64,000 bases of DNA from contig MEQX01000003.1 in NCBI GenBank assembly GCA_001770415.1, positions 8,442 through 72,441 on the forward strand, written 5' to 3'. The notes beneath the pieces are model-generated. The model had not been told where the DNA came from and did no database searches. It saw nothing but the letters and a program-made list of their open reading frames with translations. Below, piece after piece: positions 10,123 through 19,002 of this stretch. Every line of letters starts with the position of its first letter. Within the stretch, counting starts at the first letter, position 1. Position numbers and translations under genes: made by a program. This stretch comes from Betaproteobacteria bacterium RIFCSPLOWO2_02_FULL_63_19. Its GTDB lineage: Bacteria; Pseudomonadota; Gammaproteobacteria; Burkholderiales; SG8-39.

Positions 10123-10341
10123 TCAGGGCGCTTGGTCCAGCCGGAAAAGCCTGTGCGCGTTGGTACGTCCTATCTTCTCGCGGTCGGCGTCGCTGATCGA
10201 CGCCACGTCGAACCAGTCGGCCGCGTGGTCTATGTTCTCGAACGGCCAGTCGATCCAGTGGTCTTTGGGCGCGAAAACCGCCGAATCCATGACCGTGTCT
10301 TCGATTGCGAAGTGCTCTTCGAGTCCGATCTTGCCTTGCAT
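10123..10341 (-). pseudogene. in-frame internally deleted remnant of an ACMSD/gamma-resorcylate-decarboxylase-type amidohydrolase
   Basis: The 72-aa ORF joins a family-typical N-terminus (MQGKIGLEEHFAIEDTVMDSAVFAPKDHW) directly to a family-typical C-terminus (DWPFENIDHAADWFDVASISDADREKIGRTNAHRLFRLD). About 250 aa of the TIM-barrel core are absent. Confidence 0.6.
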
Positions 10342-10363
10342 AGCTTGCTTCCTCACTGCGCGT

Positions 10364-11314
10364 TCAGGGTATGTCGTTGACGTCTCCCGGCGGTCCCTCG
10401 TGGTGGGGGGCAGTAACGTGGGCCGGCTGGACCGGATCGCGGCCCGCGGGAACGACGCGCGACAAGAACTCGATGACGGCGTTACCGAATATGTCGTTGC
10501 GGTCGCCCGCCACCATGTGGGCCGCCTCGCCCACATTGACGTATTCGCTGTGCGGGCACAGGCGCAAGAATTCCTGCGCCCCCTCTTCACTGAGCACATC
10601 GGACAGCCCGCCCCGCACAAGCAGCGTGGGCAAACGCAGGCGACGCGAACAGGCTTCGAGGCGCTCACGCCGTTTGTCGATATCGCGCCGTGCGGAGCGG
10701 AAGCGCGGATCCCAATGCCAGTGGTACTTGCCGTCGGCGCCCAAGCGCACGTTCTTCGCCAGGCCGTCGAGCGTGCGCGGCCGGCTGCGGTGCGGCTGGT
10801 AATTCGCGATCGCATCGGCCACTTCGCCGAGGGAACCGAATCCTTCCGGTTTCTGGTTCATGAATGCCCAGATCTTTTCGACGCCTGCGGGCTCGATGCG
10901 GGGACCGATATCGACGACCACCAGCGCGGTCGCGTCAACGTGATCCTCGCCAACTGCGACCAGGCCCGTTCCTCCACCCATCGAGGCGCCCACCAGCACC
11001 GGGCGGCGATTGCCCAGTGCGGCGACCACGCACTTGAGATCCTCGACCATGACGTCCTGCCCGTAGAGCCCGTCGGGGGCCCAGTCGGTATCGCCGTGGC
11101 CGCGTGCATCGAAGGCGATGCAATGGTAGCCCGCTGCGCCCAGCCTTTCGCCGGCCCCCTTCCACGCGTGGCGGGTTTGTCCACCGCCGTGCAGCAGAAT
11201 CACCAGCGGGCCGCTGGGATCGCCCCAGGCATCGCCCGCGATGCGGATACCTCCCGCTCCCGGCCAGAGGTGCATCGGATCGGGGGTGCCGGGAAGTCGC
11301 GTGCCTGCGCTCAT
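10364..11314 (-). CDS. alpha/beta-fold hydrolase
   Basis: Contains HGGGQTRHAW, the nucleophile elbow GASMGG and a C-terminal AAHMV His motif. Confidence 0.8.
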   Translation of the reverse strand: MSAGTRLPGTPDPMHLWPGAGGIRIAGDAWGDPSGPLVILLHGGGQTRHAWKGAGERLGAAGYHCIAFDARGHGDTDWAPDGLYGQDVMVEDLKCVVAALGNRRPVLVGASMGGGTGLVAVGEDHVDATALVVVDIGPRIEPAGVEKIWAFMNQKPEGFGSLGEVADAIANYQPHRSRPRTLDGLAKNVRLGADGKYHWHWDPRFRSARRDIDKRRERLEACSRRLRLPTLLVRGGLSDVLSEEGAQEFLRLCPHSEYVNVGEAAHMVAGDRNDIFGNAVIEFLSRVVPAGRDPVQPAHVTAPHHEGPPGDVNDIP

Positions 11315-11485
11315 GGGGTGAAGTATGGCCGAGATTCACCGATCGGTCTGGGACGCCCCGTGAACTCCCGACGAATCGAATCTGTTACCCTCCGCCCCGA
11401 CGGACGCCCTGTGCTGCGGCAACGGGCGAAGCGATACCGTCGCAGGAAATCATCATCCAGATCCGTATTTCCGGAGCAACGCGAA

Positions 11486-13264
11486 ATGTCCGCAAGCGAA
11501 TCCCGAAACCTCGAAGGCGCCGACAACTACTGGGGAACGTACGGCGCCGACGAATGGTCCGACGCAATTGTCGCCGCCATGGCCCTCGGCGGCGTCGAGC
11601 GCTTGTTCTTCGTCTCGGGGACCGAGATGAATTTCTTTCAGGAAGCCATCGCAAAGGCCCAAGTGCGCGGCTGGCCTGCGCCGAAACTGGTGAGCATGAT
11701 GCATGAGTCGGTCACACTCAATGCCGCGCTGGGAAGCGCAATGGTCAGTGGTCGCCCGGCGGCGACTACAGTACACGTGGACGTGGGCACGCTGCATTAC
11801 GGTGCGGCGCTTCACGCGGCTTGGCGCGGCGGTTATCCGGTGTTGATTACCGCAGGGACGGGCCCCAGAGCGTTTCCCGGATCGATGCGCGGCGCCCGGG
11901 AAACGCCGGTTCAGTGGATGCAGGAACCGCGCGACCAGGGCGAAATCGTCCGGCAGTACACCAAGGCCGACCACCGCATGGAACACCAGGACAATCCGGG
12001 CCTGATGGTCAGCCGGCTGCTTCAAATCGCGATGAGCGAACCCAAGGGGCCCGTCTACTTGGCGATCCCGCGGGAAACGGCGATGTTGCCTTTCGCGGGG
12101 ACGACGCGATTTCCGACGCGTGACCAGATGGGCCTCGCACGGCCGACGTGGCCCGATCCGGATGATGCACGCGAGATCGCACGCTGGCTGGTGAAGTCCG
12201 AGAACCCGTGCATGTACACGGATCGGGCCGCGCATGATCCGCTGGCCGTACCGGAACTGGTTCGGCTCGCCGAACTGCTGGCGGTTCCGGTGATGGAGTC
12301 CGGCAACGCCGACCGCCTGAGTTTTCCGGTGACCCATCCGCTGTACGGCGTCGGGCCGAGCGCCCGTGACGCGGACGTCGTGCTCGCATTCGAATCGGTC
12401 ATTCCTTACGTGCCCGGGCTGGACTCACCGGCGGCAAACGCGAAGATCGTACGCGTGAGCGTCGATCCGGTCCTGTCGCGCTTCAAAACCATGGAGTTTC
12501 GCGCCGATAAGTGGATCTCGGCTTGGCCCTCCTGCGTGGCGAAGGCACTCTATCGTGCAGCCGAAGGCATGTTGGACAAGAGCGATCTGTCGCGCATCGC
12601 CGATCGCAGGCAGCGCCTCGAGCGGCGCCGGCGAGAGATGAATGCGAAGCAGGTGGCGCTCGCCGTGGACGCCGGAAAACTGTCCAGGCCGACCGGGCGC
12701 TGGGTGGCCTATCAGCTCGGTCGCGCCCTCGCGCCCGAGGCGATCCTGTTGAACGATGCGTTGAGCAATGGTCCCCAGGTTCACGCGTACGCGGCGCGGG
12801 AACAGCCCGGCACGTACTTCCGAAGCGGCAGCAGCGCCGGCGGCTGGGGGTCGGGCGCCGCGTTCGGGGCGAAACTGGCAGCGCCCGAGCGCGACGTCGT
12901 GCTGGCCAGTAGTGACGGCTACTTCTCGTTCGGCACGCCGATGGCGGCGCTGTGGGCCGCCCGCTACCACAATGCGCCCTTCCTGTCGGTGGTGTTCGTC
13001 AACGGCACTTACAGCACCGGTACGACCGGGCTGCAAAATTCCTACCCGGACGGCTATGCGGTCCGCGGCAACAACTACGCGGGTGGAACCTTTGATCCGC
13101 CGCCGGATTTCGCCAGACTGGCGCAGGCCGCGGACGGCTATGGAGAATACGTCACCGAGACCGCCGATGTCGGTCCCGCGATCGCGCGCGGTCTTGACCG
13201 AGTGCGCGCGGGATGTCCGGCCGTCATCGCGGTGCGCGTTGCTGGGCCATTGCAGGGGGTATGA
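11486..13264 (+). CDS. thiamine-diphosphate-dependent enzyme (acetolactate-synthase-like family)
   Basis: This is the C-terminal 592 codons of the 1049-aa track ORF. An N-terminal TPP Pyr domain (LFFVSGTE...HESVTLNAALG) and a C-terminal PP domain (SSDGYFSFGTPMAALWAA, NG.Y) are recognisable. The start is the first ATG downstream of the divergent hydrolase gene. Confidence 0.8.
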   Translation: MSASESRNLEGADNYWGTYGADEWSDAIVAAMALGGVERLFFVSGTEMNFFQEAIAKAQVRGWPAPKLVSMMHESVTLNAALGSAMVSGRPAATTVHVDVGTLHYGAALHAAWRGGYPVLITAGTGPRAFPGSMRGARETPVQWMQEPRDQGEIVRQYTKADHRMEHQDNPGLMVSRLLQIAMSEPKGPVYLAIPRETAMLPFAGTTRFPTRDQMGLARPTWPDPDDAREIARWLVKSENPCMYTDRAAHDPLAVPELVRLAELLAVPVMESGNADRLSFPVTHPLYGVGPSARDADVVLAFESVIPYVPGLDSPAANAKIVRVSVDPVLSRFKTMEFRADKWISAWPSCVAKALYRAAEGMLDKSDLSRIADRRQRLERRRREMNAKQVALAVDAGKLSRPTGRWVAYQLGRALAPEAILLNDALSNGPQVHAYAAREQPGTYFRSGSSAGGWGSGAAFGAKLAAPERDVVLASSDGYFSFGTPMAALWAARYHNAPFLSVVFVNGTYSTGTTGLQNSYPDGYAVRGNNYAGGTFDPPPDFARLAQAADGYGEYVTETADVGPAIARGLDRVRAGCPAVIAVRVAGPLQGV

Positions 13265-13548
13265 ATGCGCCGTTGCGAATTTCGCGTGCACGGCCCGCAC
13301 CGGAATGTCGCCTCAGCCCGCGGGCCGCTCGGGGCGGATTTCGGCATGCCGCTGAGTAGCCGCGGCACTGGTGCGCCCTGGCTACGGGATCAAATGGTCC
13401 GGGAATTCCCGTATGGCGAGCATTCAGACAATACCACGGCCTTCTCTCGATTCAGGCCTAACATCGAACGGACGGGCCGCAAGCGCCGCGCGGCATCAGC
13501 CGTCAGTGCTGGTCCGCCGTTCACCAAGACGATGGCTTTATTGGCGTC

Positions 13549-13577
13549 TTGACGTTCTGACGTCTAAGCGTCATAAT
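13549..13577 (+). promoter_or_regulatory. candidate sigma-70 promoter and operator of the toxin-antitoxin operon
   Basis: TTGACG (13549-13554), a 17-nt spacer, then CATAAT (13572-13577). The spacer holds TGACG/CGTCA repeats and a GACGTC palindrome (13559-13564). Confidence 0.4.
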
Positions 13578-13815
13578 GCCGCGCATGGATAGCCAAAAAC
13601 GCGCCACTGTGTATTTCGAGCCCGATGTGCACCGGGCCCTACGCCTGAAGGCGGCGGCCTCGGATCGCTCTATCTCCGATATGGTCAACGATGCGGTCAA
13701 ATCCGCTCTGGCCGAAGATGCCGAAGATCTTGCGGCATTCGCCAAGAGAAAGAACGAGAAGAGCGTGTCCTTCGATACCTTCGTGCAGGGCCTGAAGCGG
13801 CGTGGCCGGATATAG
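13576..13815 (+). CDS. ribbon-helix-helix antitoxin (CopG/ParD-like)
   Basis: The RATVYFEPDVHRALRLKAAASDRSISDMVNDAV segment is an RHH fold signature. It sits directly upstream of, and overlaps, a RelE/ParE toxin gene. The true start may be the ATG at 13585 (see findings). Confidence 0.75.
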   Translation: MPRMDSQKRATVYFEPDVHRALRLKAAASDRSISDMVNDAVKSALAEDAEDLAAFAKRKNEKSVSFDTFVQGLKRRGRI

Positions 13816-14065
13816 GCTGCTGATCAAGGCCTCGGCCACGAAGGAGCTTGAGGCAGTTGATACCAAGGCCGACCGTCAACGCATTGTTGCGAAAATTCAG
13901 GCCTTGGCGGCGAATCCCCGACCGCAGGGTTCGGAGAAGCTCGCGGGCTACGCCGATCGCCACCGCGTACGACAGGGGAATTACCGGATCATCTACCTCG
14001 TTGACGACGAGCTTCGGGAAGTCACGATCTTTAGGATCGGGCATCGGAAGGATGTCTACCGGTAA
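13802..14065 (+). CDS. RelE/ParE-family type II toxin
   Basis: 87-aa protein. The motifs YRLLIKASATKELE, NPRPQGSEKL, RVRQGNYRIIY and VTIFRIGHRKDVY are characteristic. It has a GTG start overlapping the antitoxin 3' end by 14 nt. Confidence 0.8.
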   Translation: MAGYRLLIKASATKELEAVDTKADRQRIVAKIQALAANPRPQGSEKLAGYADRHRVRQGNYRIIYLVDDELREVTIFRIGHRKDVYR

Positions 14066-14098
14066 GCCATCTAAGCGCTTCGAACGGACGCCGCAGAC

Positions 14099-14114
14099 CT
14101 CGCTCGCGAGCGAG
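14099..14114. terminator. perfect 16-nt palindrome downstream of the toxin gene (candidate terminator hairpin, no T tract)
   Basis: CTCGCTCGCGAGCGAG is self-complementary and lies 34 nt after the toxin stop. Confidence 0.25.
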
Positions 14115-14369
14115 TCGTGCCGGTGCCCGCAACTTAGCGATTTTCGGTGCTAAGGGGCGCCTTGGCATTGGTTGCTGCTGAGCCAACCACGAATCGTCTC
14201 TGGATCGTGGAGCCAGGCCGTGTACGTATACGCGCGTGACCGGGGGGGCGTGCCTGACCCGCCCAAGGACGAGCAACTCCTTATTTCTTACGCGGCGCGG
14301 TGTAACCTTCCGGAAAGCGTCGCCGATATCGAAAAGGTTCTCAGAGGGGCCTGGTCAGGGAGGCAAGAG

Positions 14370-14999
14370 ATGTCCGATAAAGGATTGTCGACGCTTACGG
14401 ATGACGAGCACCAGATCGCAAGTTCGCTCGTTCGTTGGGGGTACGCCCGGGACAGCGACGATTGGGAAACGCTCGCAGGATGTTTCCACGACGATGCGAC
14501 AATCCACATCTCCTGGATATCGGCCAGCGCGGAGGAGTTTGTCGCCCGCTCACGCGCGATGGCCGCGAGGCGCAGGCCCGGCGACCATATGAAGCACGTG
14601 ATCGCGCCGCCGTGGATACGCGTTCACCGGGACCGTGCGTTTGCCCGGTGCAACGCAAACCTGTATATCCGGTCGACGATCGACGGCTGCCAGTTCGACC
14701 TGCAGTGCTGGATCCGTTTTTTCGATCTGCTGGAAAAACGGCAGGGGGTCTGGCGCATCGTCAAACGCACCGGCGTCTACGAAAAGGACCGGATGGACCC
14801 GGTCGACCCGCGCCTCGTTCCGAAGGACTTCTTCGCCGGCGTGGATCTGTCGACCTTTCCTGCGTCTGCGAGATATCTCTGCTACTGGGCCACTCGCCAC
14901 GGATTGTCGCCTACGACCAACATCATCTCGGTCTACAGCGACAACGAACGCGCGCTACGCGAGGAATCGGAGGCGTGGCTCGAAAGTGCACAGGCGTGA
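14370..14999 (+). CDS. SnoaL-like / NTF2-fold protein
   Basis: The ORF is trimmed to an ATG preceded by GGGAGG. The segment IASSLVRWGYARDSDDWETLAGCFHDDATI...W is typical of SnoaL_4-type NTF2-like proteins. Confidence 0.65.
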   Translation: MSDKGLSTLTDDEHQIASSLVRWGYARDSDDWETLAGCFHDDATIHISWISASAEEFVARSRAMAARRRPGDHMKHVIAPPWIRVHRDRAFARCNANLYIRSTIDGCQFDLQCWIRFFDLLEKRQGVWRIVKRTGVYEKDRMDPVDPRLVPKDFFAGVDLSTFPASARYLCYWATRHGLSPTTNIISVYSDNERALREESEAWLESAQA

Positions 15000-15164
15000 T
15001 GACCTAGTCGAGCGGTGGCGAGCGGACTGCTGACTCGATCCGCAATGTCGGCACGAGCCTGACCGTCGCGTGCTTCAGCGGCGCGATTCCTGTTTGACGC
15101 CGCGCGACAAACTGACGGGGTGCTACTATCGCGCCTCGTTATCTTCTGCGAACGGGACAAACTG

Positions 15165-16148
15165 ATGGAACCGCTACCGAGGGGCGCGAACTTCATGCGC
15201 TGCAAGTTTCTTTGGGAAATCGGCCTGCACATAGCAGGCGATCCAGCGACGCCGTATTACGGAAACCGCGATATGTGCATCACGATCGGCAAGGGATCCG
15301 GCGACGCCTTCCAACCGTGGCTGCGCATGGCAACGGGTGCCGCCCACCTGGCGCACGCGGTGGCCCGCAACGAGCTCGATCTCGCGATAGTCAATCCATC
15401 GGCCATGCTGACCCAGGCTTACCGAGGCACGGGGCTGTTTCCGAAGCCGCTGCCGCTGCGTATCGTCGCGAACTATCCTTCCTGGGACCGCTTTGTCTAT
15501 ATGGTGCATCCGCGAACCGGGATCACCTCACTGTCGCAGATCAAGGAGCGCCGCTATCCGCTCAGGCTTTCAACCCGCGAGGACCGCACGCATTCGACAC
15601 GCGTATTGATCGAGCAGACATTCGCGGCGTACGGTTTTACGCTCGCCGACTTCGAGTCTTGGGGCGGCAGCCTTCAGCTGAACACCGGGCCCGGGGACAA
15701 GCGGCGAATGGCCGCGCTGCAAGAGGGGAACATTGATGCTGTTTTCGACGAAGGGCTGATTACCTGGTTCGACGAGGCGCTCGCTGCCGGCATGCAGCCG
15801 ATCACGCCGGAGGCCGAGGTACTTGGCAAGTTGGAAGCGATCGGCTGGCGCAAGGTCGTGATGCCGGCCGGGCGTTTCCCCAACCTGAAGGTCGATCATC
15901 TGTGCATCGACTTCGGCGGCTGGCCCCTGTATACGCGCGCCTCCTTGCCCGAAGAGGACGCATACAAGGTATGCGACGCAATCGCCGCGCGCGAAGCCCA
16001 GATCGCGTGGGAAGACGCAAAGGGCTGGTCGCCGTTTCAGGGGGCGGGCCAGCTGGGGCGCGAAACGGAGGCCACACCGATGGACGTTCCGATGCACCCC
16101 GGAGCGGCCCGCTGGTTCCGAGAGCACGGCGTCGAGGTGAAGGCCTGA
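15165..16148 (+). CDS. periplasmic-binding-protein-fold protein (TAXI/NMT1-like) without a signal peptide; function unknown
   Basis: Long ORF with host-like codon usage. Resemblance to TAXI-type solute receptors is weak. No hydrophobic N-terminus and no adjacent transporter genes. The start codon is uncertain (15165 or the ATG at MRCKF). Confidence 0.45.
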   Translation: MEPLPRGANFMRCKFLWEIGLHIAGDPATPYYGNRDMCITIGKGSGDAFQPWLRMATGAAHLAHAVARNELDLAIVNPSAMLTQAYRGTGLFPKPLPLRIVANYPSWDRFVYMVHPRTGITSLSQIKERRYPLRLSTREDRTHSTRVLIEQTFAAYGFTLADFESWGGSLQLNTGPGDKRRMAALQEGNIDAVFDEGLITWFDEALAAGMQPITPEAEVLGKLEAIGWRKVVMPAGRFPNLKVDHLCIDFGGWPLYTRASLPEEDAYKVCDAIAAREAQIAWEDAKGWSPFQGAGQLGRETEATPMDVPMHPGAARWFREHGVEVKA

Positions 16149-16295
16149 ATTTCGACCCGCCGTCACGCCGGCGTGGGCTCTTTTGGCCGAAGAATCCAGC
16201 GGCGCGTACCCACGCGTTTCCCGGTGATGCGCGCGCGTCCTGAACCGGGCCGGGCCGAGCGACGCCGTTGAACTATCGCGTGCGCCTCGGGTCGC

Positions 16296-16607
16296 TCAGG
16301 CGATCTTGTTGCTCGGGTTCTGCAGCACCGCCGACGTGGCGGCGAAATCGGACGATCCACGCAATCTGCGCACGATCGCTTCGTAATGCGACTTCAGCCG
16401 GCCGGCGACCCAAGCGCTGCGGGCGGCCTGAGCCTGGCGCCGGATGGCTTCGATATCGAGGTCAAATTCCGGCAGACTGTCCGGTGCGATATTGCTTTGC
16501 ACAATATGGTCCTTGGAGGACGTGAGTTCCCATGCAGCAACGTCTATCCCGCCAAAAACCGTTTCGGAACGCCGAACGTGTTCATCGGGGTGGGGCTGGA
16601 ATTTCAT
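16296..16607 (-). CDS. hypothetical protein (103 aa)
   Basis: The ATG is preceded by GGAAAGGA with 6-nt spacing. I recognise no family. Confidence 0.45.
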   Translation of the reverse strand: MKFQPHPDEHVRRSETVFGGIDVAAWELTSSKDHIVQSNIAPDSLPEFDLDIEAIRRQAQAARSAWVAGRLKSHYEAIVRRLRGSSDFAATSAVLQNPSNKIA

Positions 16608-16909
16608 CGTAATTCCTTTCCTATCTGTTTGAGCCAGCATCATTAAACAAGCGTAGCTGCTCAAGATATCGACGCTTGGGCCGACAATCAAATCGCTTGT
16701 TTGGATGGGTCTAATTGTTCGGACTTATAGCTGATCTAACGTGATGATGCGATGCACAAATCCTGGCCAAAATAGGTCATTCGGCAGCCCGGATTTACTC
16801 CAATTGCGGGCCTTTGCAACTGTTTTATGTTGCCAACGGTCCGCGGGGACGGCAGTTGCCTGCGATAGAATTTGACCACGCCATCAACGAACACCTCCGA
16901 GGAGCGAGC

Positions 16910-17152
16910 ATGTCGGACGAAGACTTGAAGAACGAACTGGAGCGCCTCCGTCGCGAAAACGCTGCACTGAAGAAAGGCGCGGCCACCGGCATTACGATGA
17001 AAGTCAGCGAAAAGGGCGGACTTTCGGTCTACGGAATGGGGCGCTTTCCGATAACGCTTTACAAGGAGCAGTGGCTCAAACTCCTCGATATGTCCGACGA
17101 CATTCGGGCGTTTATTGACGCGAACGCAGCGGCGTTGAAGACGAAGGGATGA
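16910..17152 (+). CDS. small hypothetical protein (80 aa) with an N-terminal coiled-coil-like segment
   Basis: The ATG is preceded by GAGGAG. The sequence LKNELERLRRENAALKK is followed by VSEKGGLSVYGMGRFPITLYKEQW, a pattern I recall from small conserved hypothetical proteins. Confidence 0.5.
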   Translation: MSDEDLKNELERLRRENAALKKGAATGITMKVSEKGGLSVYGMGRFPITLYKEQWLKLLDMSDDIRAFIDANAAALKTKG

Positions 17153-17406
17153 GAACTGCGCACCCACGTCGCGACGAGACCGTTGTGCGTCCGTAAGCGA
17201 GGGTTCTGCAATCGGCCCTGAGTCCGCGCCGCTCGACGGACCTGCGGCGATTGCCGGTGCGTGAGCGGCGAGCGGTCGATCGCGGTCCTTCGTCGGTTCG
17301 GCAATAGTGACTGCCTGGAGGACACGCGCCGGCCGCCGTGGCCCGATCGGACGATGCGGGCGGTCACAACTGGACAAATCTGTCGAACGACTCAGGGGTA
17401 TTGCAC

Positions 17407-18481
17407 ATGTTGATCTTCAGGCAATTGGTGGACCCGCCTTCGTCCACCTATACGTACCTTCTCGCCGACAGCCGGACTGGAGCAGCGGTGATTATCGACC
17501 CGGTGTTCGAACAGATGCGCCGCGATATGGCGCTGATCAGTGAATTGGGGCTGCGGCTGCAGTATGTGCTCGAAACGCATGCACACGCCGACCACGTAAC
17601 GGGTGCGTGGATGCTCAAGCGCCAGTCCGGATGCCAGATCGCGGTGGCGCGATCGAGCGGCGCCCATGGGGCGGATCGGGGCCTTTCCCACGGCGACAAG
17701 ATCGAATTCGGCACGCGCCATCTTCTGGTGCGCGCGACGCCCGGCCATACCGATGGTTGCGTCACGTACGTACTCGACGACGAGAGCATGGCTTTCACCG
17801 GGGACTGCCTGCTGATCCGCGGCAGCGGAAGGACCGATTTCCAGCAGGGCGATCCCCGTCGCATGTACCGCTCCGTGCATACCCAGATATTCAGCCTGCC
17901 GCAGGCCTGCCTGCTCTACCCCGCTCACGACTACCGGGGACTCACCGTCACCAGTGTTCGCGAAGAGCGGCGCTTCAACCCGCGCCTCGGCGGTGAGATT
18001 AGCGAAGAGGACTTCGTCGGTTACATGAAGAACTTGGCGCTGCCGCACCCGCGGCAGATCGATGTCGCCGTGCCCGCCAATCTTGTTTGCGGCCGGCCCG
18101 ATGATGAGAATCTGGACCTGGCAGCGCCTGACTGGGCGCCGCTCGTCTACACGTTCGCCGGCATTTGGGAAATTCAGCCGCAAAGCCTCGAAGAAGTCGC
18201 CGACACGGTGCAGATCATTGACGTGCGCGAACCGGCCGAGTTCGATGGACCGCTCGGGCGCATTGATGCGGCCCGACCGATCCCTCTCGGAGAACTCGCT
18301 CGCCGCGCCGAGGAAATCGATCGCAGTCGCCCCGTGGTAACGGTCTGTCGCGCTGGGGGGGCGTTCGGCGCAGGCCGTGGCGATACTGCAAAAGGCCGGA
18401 TTTGCCGATATAGCCAACCTCGCGGGAGGCATGCTTCGCTGGAGGGCTGACGGGCACCCGGTCATCGGCGGCGGAGACTAA
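17407..18481 (+). pseudogene. persulfide dioxygenase (ETHE1-like MBL fold) - rhodanese fusion, interrupted by a +1 frameshift in a G7 run (or a sequencing error)
   Basis: The MBL motif ETHAHADHVTG and the ETHE1-like core are intact. The rhodanese domain reads VVTVCRAGG and then goes out of frame at GGGGGGG (18355-18361). Skipping one G restores RSAQAVAILQKAGFADIANLAGGMLRWRADGHPV and a stop at 18479-18481. Confidence 0.75.
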
Positions 18482-18750
18482 GCTGGAAGCCATGTCGAAG
18501 CGCAGGGTGGGAAGTTTCCCCGGGTAATCCGGGAAGGTACGCGTCGGACGGGCTTTGATCGCTGACGCGGCGATAGTCGCCGCTTTGGGCCAACGGTCGA
18601 TGTGCAGTTCCCGCGACCGTGACTCGATTCTCAATCAGGTTTGCGCCTGGGAGCGCGGGGCAAGGAAGCCGATCGCGGGCGAGGTACGCAAAGAGTCATA
18701 TAATCCGCACACGTTCGAAATTCGACCGCATGCAAGCGAGGATCAACCAC

Positions 18751-18984
18751 ATGCCCATTTATGAATACGAGTGTCTCGGCTGCCGCAAGGAGTTCGAAAT
18801 TCTGGTGCGCGAATCATCGCCGCCGCCGGCATGCCCGGACTGCAGCAGTACCAACTTGCGCAAGAAGCTGTCGGCGTTTGCGGCGTTGACCTCCGGCGCG
18901 GCCTCACCGAACGCGATGCCCGCTGCGTGTCAAACCTGCGGCATACCGGGAGGTCCGGGCGCCTGCGGATTTCAGGGCCACTAG
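18751..18984 (+). CDS. FmdB-family zinc-ribbon protein
   Basis: MPIYEYECLGCRKEFE...CPDCSS is the canonical FmdB/CxxC_CxxC_SSSS signature. The ORF is trimmed to this ATG. Confidence 0.8.
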   Translation: MPIYEYECLGCRKEFEILVRESSPPPACPDCSSTNLRKKLSAFAALTSGAASPNAMPAACQTCGIPGGPGACGFQGH

Positions 18985-19002
18985 CGGCGAACGGCTGCGC
19001 GC

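Noticed and set aside
10115-11485. The N-terminal 457 codons of the 1049-aa track ORF on the plus strand.
   Set aside because: This part runs antisense to the well-supported alpha/beta hydrolase gene and the amidohydrolase remnant. It has Arg/Ala/Gly-rich composition typical of spurious ORFs in high-GC DNA. Recognisable TPP-enzyme sequence begins only at the ATG at 11486.
14140-14156. TGGCATTGGTTGCTG downstream of the toxin gene, which looks like a sigma-54 promoter.
   Set aside because: The GG-to-GC spacing is two nucleotides too short.
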